From Candidatus Aegiribacteria sp. (GTDB taxonomy: Bacteria; Fermentibacterota; Fermentibacteria; Fermentibacterales; JCC-6): a stretch of 42,098 nt of DNA. The notes under the pieces are model-generated. The model was given only the letters and a program-made list of their open reading frames with translations. It was not told where the DNA came from and made no database searches. The stretch covers positions 1 through 42,098 of the forward strand of contig JAWOBF010000074.1 in assembly GCA_046498225.1 (NCBI GenBank), given 5' to 3'. Positions within the stretch are counted from its first letter, which is position 1; each line of letters opens with the position of its first letter. A program made the position numbers and the translations under genes. Shown here piece after piece: positions 17,116 through 24,137 of this stretch.

Positions 17116-20100
17116 ATGAGATATTTTCTCCTTCTTCTCGCATCCCTGGCAATATGCTCCACAGCCTATTCCCAGGCTGATGATGTCCCGGCCGCCCGCC
17201 CGGCCGGCCGGGATACTTCCGGCGTCATCGATGATCTTCTGGAGAGTTCCGCCATCGAACTGGCGGAGCTGGAAACTCAGATAGCAAGGGAAGAGGAGCG
17301 GCTGGAGAGGATACTGTCGGAGCTGGTGCAGCTTCGCAGGCAGCATGCCATACTCTCCAGCGCCGAAAGCGCCTACCTTCTGGGAGAGGAACTCTACAAC
17401 ACCGGCTCCATAGTCTGGGCCAGGGACGCCTACAGGTCGGTCATCGAGAATTTTCCCGGCTCAGCATACTACCCTGACGCCCTGTTCAGGCTGGAACTCA
17501 TTTCATTCGAGCTGCAGGACTACGAAGGGGCGCTGGAATACTTTCAGAGTCTGAAGCAGGCCTCTCCCTCCTACGAGTTCATGGACCTGGCCTACATCGC
17601 CGCCGGCCTCTCCACGTACAACCAGGGTGATTTCGCCGGTTCCAGGGTCTTCTACCAGAGTGTTTCCCGGTCGGGCGAATATTCCGTCCTGTCCGACTAC
17701 CTCAGCGCCGTATCGTACGTGGAGGAAGAGAACATTGAGGCGGCCATACTGGAACTTCAGACCATAATTGATGAAGCCGGTCCATCTTCTTCCGATACCG
17801 AGCTGGCGGACAGGGCGCGCATAGCTCTGGCCCAGATAATGGTGGAGGACCGGGAGGATTTTCAGGCCGCCATCGATTATTACTCCAGGGTGTCCCCCTT
17901 CAGTCCCTACTACGACGTGGCGATGCTGGGCAAGGTATGGACCCTGATGCGCCTGGAGAGGTACCGGGAAGCGTACGGACTGGCTGAAACGGTCAAGGGG
18001 GAGGTTCCCAATTCCGAGCTTGTCTCGGAGTTCGAGCTGGCCCAGGCCAACTGCGCCCTGGGAACGGAGAATATCGACCTTGCCATCAGGATGTACGAAT
18101 CGCTTCTGCGGGACCGTGGCGGCTCCCAGGACTACTACGATCTGTTCCTGACCGGCCAGACCCTGGCCCGGGAGGAATTCGAACTCGAGAGAGAACGGTT
18201 GGACAGAATTCGACTGGGACTTTCCGAGCTGAAGGAGGAGGCCTACACTCAGGGTGACATGGAGCTGGTGGAACTGATAGAGCAGGAGGAGGTGGCCCTC
18301 AGAAGCCTGTTCAGCGAGATAGGTTATCTGGAGACGGTCCTTTCCCTGCCCATGGAGATGGATACCGAGACCATGGAGCAGGAGCTCAGAAGGCTTATCC
18401 AGGACAGCCGCAGCGAAGCGGAGGTCCTCACCCTGGCCGTAGGCGAACTCCGTGACATGACGGAGATGACAGGTTCCGAGCAGGACAGGCGGGACCTTGC
18501 CAGGGTGGAGAACGAGGTCGAGCGCATAAGGCTCGCCCTTCAGGACCTGGCCTCGAAGTTCGAGGGCGGCATGACCGCCCAGCACGACTGGATTCAGGAA
18601 ACCCAGTACGGGATCGCGGTGGCAACCTTCATGGAGCGAGAGCTCATGAGGGACTCCATCCAGTACCTCGGAGCCTACTACAGAAACGCCTCGGAGGAGT
18701 CCATGGCCGAGGGCGACACCTCCAGGGCCCTGGCCCTGGACTCCATGAGGACCCGGGAGATAGCGGATCTCAATCAAAGGATAGACGAAGCCGCGGTGGA
18801 AATCGCAGGCCACTTCGAGGACTACCTGGCCAGTTATCCCGATTCGCGGTTCTCCGCCGACGTTCTTGTGCGTCTGGCTCAGCTCTACTACGACATAGAC
18901 AACCTGCAGCACAGTCAGAGACAGGCCACAGCCGATCCCGGGGAATACATTCCGGAGGACTATTCAAGGTCCATCGAACTGTACGAGAAGATCCTCACCG
19001 ATCACCCGGACAGCGAGGTGGAGGACGTGGCTCTCTATTCAATGGGCTACTGTCTGGAGTCAATGATGGATTTCGAGAGCGCGGTGAATAATTACAAGAG
19101 GCTTCTTCGGGACCATCCACAGAGCGACCTGGCGGCCGAATGCAACCTGAGAGTGGGCAACTACTACTTCGATATCCTGGCCTACGATTCCGCCCTGGTC
19201 TATTTCGAGAGCATCCTTGACTACCCCGGCGCCAGCCCCAACCTTTTCCAGCACGGTCTGTACAAGCTCGGGTGGACCCTCTACCTGAAGAAGGAGTTCA
19301 GCAGGTCCATCGCCGCCTTCACCTACCTGCTGGAGGACAACATGGCCATCGACAGCCTGGGTATAAGCAGAAGGGGTGACATAAGGATACTGAATGAATC
19401 GCGGGAGTACATGGCCTACGACTTTCTCGAGATGCACGACATGTCCCCCCGGGCAGTGGACCAGGCCGTAACGTTCCTCGAGGATTTCGGCGACTCGGTA
19501 ACCACGGTCAGCGTACTGAAGAAGATGGCGGAGATATCATCGGAGATGACCAACTGGGATACATCGATCCAGGCATACAATGCGCTGCTCCGAAGGACCC
19601 CCTACAGTCCCGAGGCTCCTCTGTACCAGCTGAGGATAGCCCGGGCATACGAGGAACTGGGAGACCAGGCGCAGGCGGCTGAAGCCAGGGACAGGCTGAT
19701 AGCCGAATACAGCCGGGACAGCCGCTGGTTCGACATGGTGGGCGACAGCTCCGCCCTGGCGCTGGCGGACTCCCTCAGGGGCTCCTCCTTCGAGGAGTCC
19801 ATACAGTACTATCTCGAGAGGACCGTAGCCACCAGGGAGGACCCCTTCGCATTCAGGCAGACCAACGAGACCCTGATAGCCAGAATAGAGAACTATCTCC
19901 AGCAGTTCCCCTCCTCACCCAGGAACTACGAGTACCGGTTCTACCTGGGAGACGCGTATTACCATACCGAACAGTACCTCACCGCCGGGGACGTCTACTA
20001 CGATGTGGCCATGGACAGCAGTTCGTTCCAGAGGCAGGAGGACGCGCTGAACAACGCTTTCTCGTCATACCTGATAGCCTACGAGGAGATGGCGGTAGCG

Positions 20101-21639
20101 GATAGCACGTCTCTCAGGGAGAAGCTCCGGGAGACCGCCCTTACCTACAACGATCTATATCCCGAGGGGGATAATGTTTCCTTCTTCCTGTGGGCTTCCG
20201 CGCCCAAGTTCTACAACGCGGGTGATTTCGAGACCGCCAGGGAGCTGTTCAGGCTCATCTACGAAGAACACGGGGGCTCCGGGTACGAAGCCCGCGCAGC
20301 CAAGTTCATAGCCGATTCCTACCAGCAGGAGGAGATGTATTCACAGGCGGAGGAATGGTACGGCCTGGCCGCGGACGCGGCTACGGTGAGCGGGGAGGAT
20401 CTGGGTGGCGATATCGAGTACCTGGCCGCCTCATCTGCATACAATGACGCCGCTACACTGGCGGAGAGCGAGGATGTGGAAAGTCTGATGAACGCCGCCA
20501 TGCGATGGGAGCGGACCGCAATGGAGCACGCCGGTACCGAAGTCGCCCCCGTTGCCATGTACGATGCAGCGGAGACCTACGGCAAGGCCGGTTCCATAAA
20601 CGACGCCGTAAGGCTCTTCCAGGAGCTGGCCATGGATTACCCCGACTACCAGAACGCACCCTCAGGGCTCCTCAGAGCGGCTTACCTTCTCAGGGAGGAC
20701 CAGCAGTACACCAGGGCGGCCCAGCTTTATCTGGAGGCCTACAACAAGTACCCGGACGCTCCGGACATGAGCGCCGCCCTGACCAGCGCGGCCAGGTCCT
20801 ACGAGGAAGCCGGCAGCCGGGAGATGGCAATTGACGTCTACCGCCAGATCGCCGAACAGGGGACGGGAACCGCCGCAGCCGTTGCCGAAGCCTACGCCAA
20901 GGTGGGCAGGTACAATTACGAGAGGGGCAGCCTGACCGCGGCCAGGAGCGATTTCGAGAACTGCATGACGGTCTACGACCAGTACAGGGACGGAAGAATA
21001 AGGTACCCCGCCATGTCGGCCTACCATATAGGGGAAATATCAGCGAAGGACTATTACGCGCTCACTCCCGTCAATACCGGGAACGTGGAGTACAAGACCC
21101 AGCTCTTCAACACGGCCGTCGCCGGCTACAACCGAACCTTCTCATACCTTGATGACGATTACGTCTTCAGGGCGGTTCTGCGGATAGGAAAGCTGCAGGA
21201 GGATTTCGCGAACTCGGTTGGTTTCATGGACCCCCCCGAAGGATATTCGGAGGAGGACGAGGAAGATTTCTACAATACTCTGATGGTTGTCTACGACGAT
21301 TACATCCAGCGGGCGGTCTCGACCTACGAGAACGGGCTTCAGCTGGCGGTGACCAACGGAGTAAGGACGGAGTACACCGATTCCATAGCGGTAAACCTGG
21401 ACCTGCTGCTGCCGGGGACCAGCGCGAATATAGGCTATGCTACCGCCGCTGCTGATACAGCCGCGGTTCCGGACTCCGCCGGAACCCAGCCGGAAGAAGA
21501 CCTGACCGGCGAACAGGAGGAGGAAACTCCGCTGGACGGACAGACCTCAGAATCCGGAGAGGTGGAGACACCCGCCATGGAACCGGAATCCCACGAAGCT
21601 GAAGAAGAGGGAGGAGGGTGTTTCCTGTGGCCGTTCTGA
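17116..21639 (+). CDS. Large periplasmic TPR protein (GltC/GltD-like)
   Basis: Signal peptide, many TPR_6-type repeats (..YP.S....A...LA..Y), coiled coils, acidic tail; first large gene of the ExbBD/TonB-like operon. Confidence 0.75.
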   Translation: MRYFLLLLASLAICSTAYSQADDVPAARPAGRDTSGVIDDLLESSAIELAELETQIAREEERLERILSELVQLRRQHAILSSAESAYLLGEELYNTGSIVWARDAYRSVIENFPGSAYYPDALFRLELISFELQDYEGALEYFQSLKQASPSYEFMDLAYIAAGLSTYNQGDFAGSRVFYQSVSRSGEYSVLSDYLSAVSYVEEENIEAAILELQTIIDEAGPSSSDTELADRARIALAQIMVEDREDFQAAIDYYSRVSPFSPYYDVAMLGKVWTLMRLERYREAYGLAETVKGEVPNSELVSEFELAQANCALGTENIDLAIRMYESLLRDRGGSQDYYDLFLTGQTLAREEFELERERLDRIRLGLSELKEEAYTQGDMELVELIEQEEVALRSLFSEIGYLETVLSLPMEMDTETMEQELRRLIQDSRSEAEVLTLAVGELRDMTEMTGSEQDRRDLARVENEVERIRLALQDLASKFEGGMTAQHDWIQETQYGIAVATFMERELMRDSIQYLGAYYRNASEESMAEGDTSRALALDSMRTREIADLNQRIDEAAVEIAGHFEDYLASYPDSRFSADVLVRLAQLYYDIDNLQHSQRQATADPGEYIPEDYSRSIELYEKILTDHPDSEVEDVALYSMGYCLESMMDFESAVNNYKRLLRDHPQSDLAAECNLRVGNYYFDILAYDSALVYFESILDYPGASPNLFQHGLYKLGWTLYLKKEFSRSIAAFTYLLEDNMAIDSLGISRRGDIRILNESREYMAYDFLEMHDMSPRAVDQAVTFLEDFGDSVTTVSVLKKMAEISSEMTNWDTSIQAYNALLRRTPYSPEAPLYQLRIARAYEELGDQAQAAEARDRLIAEYSRDSRWFDMVGDSSALALADSLRGSSFEESIQYYLERTVATREDPFAFRQTNETLIARIENYLQQFPSSPRNYEYRFYLGDAYYHTEQYLTAGDVYYDVAMDSSSFQRQEDALNNAFSSYLIAYEEMAVADSTSLREKLRETALTYNDLYPEGDNVSFFLWASAPKFYNAGDFETARELFRLIYEEHGGSGYEARAAKFIADSYQQEEMYSQAEEWYGLAADAATVSGEDLGGDIEYLAASSAYNDAATLAESEDVESLMNAAMRWERTAMEHAGTEVAPVAMYDAAETYGKAGSINDAVRLFQELAMDYPDYQNAPSGLLRAAYLLREDQQYTRAAQLYLEAYNKYPDAPDMSAALTSAARSYEEAGSREMAIDVYRQIAEQGTGTAAAVAEAYAKVGRYNYERGSLTAARSDFENCMTVYDQYRDGRIRYPAMSAYHIGEISAKDYYALTPVNTGNVEYKTQLFNTAVAGYNRTFSYLDDDYVFRAVLRIGKLQEDFANSVGFMDPPEGYSEEDEEDFYNTLMVVYDDYIQRAVSTYENGLQLAVTNGVRTEYTDSIAVNLDLLLPGTSANIGYATAAADTAAVPDSAGTQPEEDLTGEQEEETPLDGQTSESGEVETPAMEPESHEAEEEGGGCFLWPF

Positions 21640-22118
21640 AAGATTTCCGGAAACGCCGCCGGGGAAAGCTCAACTTTCCGCCGGCCCCGGTCCTGATGAT
21701 GATCTGCCTTGTTCTCTCCGGCCCGGCCGCCGGGCAGGAGGGGGATGGAGCCGAATGGGAAGGCGGCAGGCTGGTGCTGGACGAGATAACCATAAGGGGG
21801 GAACTGAGGACGCCCCAGGCGCTTTTCATGATGCTCAAGACAACACCCAGCCTCAGTAACGTCCTCATAGAGCGCAGCTTCATAGAGGACGTCATAAGGC
21901 CGGTCTATCCCGGCGCCTTCAGTGAGGATCCCAGCATCGGAGCGGCACGGGAGATGATAGTCCTGCCCGCCTGGATCCGCTACGGTTCCGTAGCCATACT
22001 TGGAGGTCTTTCCGGATATAGATATTATCAGGGTGACGAAGAACAGGGACTGGTGTTCGGCGTGGCCGCCGGCCTTGACCTTGTGGGAAACCTTATACTT
22101 GATCTGGTGGGAAACTGA
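21618..22118 (+). CDS. Small exported protein with CglF/GltF-like motif
   Basis: Signal peptide ending PAAG; LDEITIRGELRTPQALF...ERSFIEDV resembles the CglF-type I.GE..P...F core; start uncertain (GTG 21618/21627 or ATG 21696). Confidence 0.55.
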   Translation: MFPVAVLKDFRKRRRGKLNFPPAPVLMMICLVLSGPAAGQEGDGAEWEGGRLVLDEITIRGELRTPQALFMMLKTTPSLSNVLIERSFIEDVIRPVYPGAFSEDPSIGAAREMIVLPAWIRYGSVAILGGLSGYRYYQGDEEQGLVFGVAAGLDLVGNLILDLVGN

Positions 22119-22149
22119 AACCGGACTTCCAGTCGAGAGGAGATCGTAC

Positions 22150-23022
22150 ATGAAGAGGTTCACACTTCCGATCCTGCTGGCCGCTGCCATCGCTCTGACA
22201 TGCGGGGTCGCAGCCGCGCAGCAGGCTGAGGAGGCGCCGGCGGACACCGTTGCTGCCGACTCCGCCGCGGTTGATTCCATAGCAGCGGCCGGGGAAACAT
22301 CTGCGCCGGGACCGGAGGAACCTGCTGCAGTACCGGGTACCGCTCAGGGTGCGGAGGATGAGGAATACGAAGAGGTGGAAGAGGGGGGACTGTTCTCGGA
22401 CATCGCTCAGTTCTTCCGGGACGGCGGACCCGCCATGTGGGCCATCCTTGTATTCCTGGCAGCCGGAATAGCCATAGCCGTGGAGCGTTTCATATTCCTG
22501 TTCACCGTAGCGGACATGAAGCCCGAGAAGTTCATGGGCAGAATAGCCGAGCTCATAAGAAAGGGAAGCATCGAGGGCGCCATAGCATCCTGCGCCGACA
22601 AGAGCGCTCCCCTGGCTCGAATAATCGAGGCCGCTCTTCGGAACTACAGGAATACGGAACGTGACATTCAGAACGCAGTGGACGAGATGGCCCTGGCGGA
22701 GCTTCCCCGCCTGAACGCCAGGACCGGTTACCTGGCCATGCTTGCAAACGTATCAACCATGGTGGGACTGCTGGGAACCATATTCGGACTTATCGCGGCA
22801 TTTGAAGCCGTGGGCGCCGCGGACCCGGCGGAGAAGAGCGTCATGCTGGCCAACGGAATCTCCATGGCAATGAGTACCACCGCGTTCGGCCTTATCTCCG
22901 CCATTCCCCTGCTGATAGCCCACTCGTTCCTTACAGCCAAGACGGACAGCCTTGTTGATGACATCGACAGGTACTCGGTAATGGTGATCAATATGCTGGC
23001 CCAGGCCAGGAAGGAAGCCTGA
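22150..23022 (+). CDS. MotA/TolQ/ExbB proton channel protein (AglR-like) with N-terminal extension
   Basis: GG..MW.I, IAVER, GLLGTIFGLI.AF, GIS.AM.TTAFGL..AIP; ATG 22150 after GAGAGGA. Confidence 0.9.
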   Translation: MKRFTLPILLAAAIALTCGVAAAQQAEEAPADTVAADSAAVDSIAAAGETSAPGPEEPAAVPGTAQGAEDEEYEEVEEGGLFSDIAQFFRDGGPAMWAILVFLAAGIAIAVERFIFLFTVADMKPEKFMGRIAELIRKGSIEGAIASCADKSAPLARIIEAALRNYRNTERDIQNAVDEMALAELPRLNARTGYLAMLANVSTMVGLLGTIFGLIAAFEAVGAADPAEKSVMLANGISMAMSTTAFGLISAIPLLIAHSFLTAKTDSLVDDIDRYSVMVINMLAQARKEA

Positions 23023-23594
23023 TGGCGAAACCGGCATCCGGAAGGAGTCACAGGATAAGGCACACGCCGGAGATCGATCTCCTTCCGGTGATGAACCTGT
23101 TCTGCGTGATAATACCCTTCCTGCTCCTGAGCGCCTCCTTTCTGGAGATATCCATAATAGAGATGGCCCCTACCGAGGGGATAAGCGCCTCCGGAGCGGG
23201 AACCACCAGCCTTGCCCAGTCGGAGGAGCAGCAGCTTCAGCCCAAGGTCATCATAACCAGGGAGCAGATGTTCCTGGGCACAGTGTTCGGTACCAGACCC
23301 GTCAGTGATGTGACCCGGGAGATGAGGGACGGGGAGCTGGTGGATACCTACGATTTCGACGCCCTCTCCCTGGCGCTGGAGAATTTCAGGGGGGAGCTGG
23401 ACGAGGAGTTCTCCTCCATACCGGTCCATAAGATAACCATACTGACCGAGGACAATATCAGGTATGACAACATAGTCATGGCCATAGACGTGTGCGCCGA
23501 CCACGGATTCGACCAGCCCGGCCTGCAGGTTGCCGCCTACAGCGTGCTGCAGAGGCAGCTGGATGCGGCGGCGGCGGCTTCCGGAGGTGAGTAG
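23022..23594 (+). CDS. ExbD/TolR family protein 1 (AglQ-like)
   Basis: EIDLLPVMNLFCVIIPFLL TM segment; I.I.....I.Y..IV..ID periplasmic motif; TGATG coupling. Confidence 0.85.
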   Translation: MAKPASGRSHRIRHTPEIDLLPVMNLFCVIIPFLLLSASFLEISIIEMAPTEGISASGAGTTSLAQSEEQQLQPKVIITREQMFLGTVFGTRPVSDVTREMRDGELVDTYDFDALSLALENFRGELDEEFSSIPVHKITILTEDNIRYDNIVMAIDVCADHGFDQPGLQVAAYSVLQRQLDAAAAASGGE

Positions 23595-23597
23595 AGC

Positions 23598-24137
23598 ATG
23601 AGCAGCGCCCCGTCCAAAAGACATCTGCCCCTCCTGCTGGGATACAAGAAGAGCAAGGCGATGGTCAGAGGGAAGGACAAGAAAGTATCCCTGAACCTGA
23701 CCTCCATGATCGACATGTTCACCATCCTGGTGGTGTTCCTTATCAAGAGCTACAGCGCGGAAGGACAGATCGTTACGGTAAGTGACGCTCTGACGCTTCC
23801 ACATTCCAGGTCCGAGAGGACGGTGGAGCTGAACCTCGAGATACTGGTCACCGGTGATGCGATAGTTGTTGACGGCGAGCCCGTAGTATCGGTGGACGAA
23901 GAACTGCTCAGCCAGGGGAACCCCATTCCCATACTGGTGGAGAGGCTTTCCGACCACCTGGAATATACCAGGCAGATGCGGGGTACCATGGATGAGGAGG
24001 ATATGAGGATCAACATCCAGGGTGACGTGGCCATACCGGCCATACTTCTGCAGAGGGTCATGAGCAGCTGCGCCGCGGCCGGTTACTCCAGCCAGAACCT
24101 GACGGTTATCAAAGTGGAAGGCGGCGATTCGGAATGA
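23598..24137 (+). CDS. ExbD/TolR family protein 2 (AglS-like)
   Basis: LNLTSMIDMFTILVVFLIKSYSAEG..LTLP.S; INIQGD..IP...L.RVM.SC..AGY. Confidence 0.88.
   Translation: MSSAPSKRHLPLLLGYKKSKAMVRGKDKKVSLNLTSMIDMFTILVVFLIKSYSAEGQIVTVSDALTLPHSRSERTVELNLEILVTGDAIVVDGEPVVSVDEELLSQGNPIPILVERLSDHLEYTRQMRGTMDEEDMRINIQGDVAIPAILLQRVMSSCAAAGYSSQNLTVIKVEGGDSE

Noticed and set aside
17503..18912. 469-aa minus-strand ORF, and similar long antisense ORFs (22728-23957, 24083-25195, 35978-36913)
   Set aside because: Lie fully opposite well-supported genes and show no recognisable motifs
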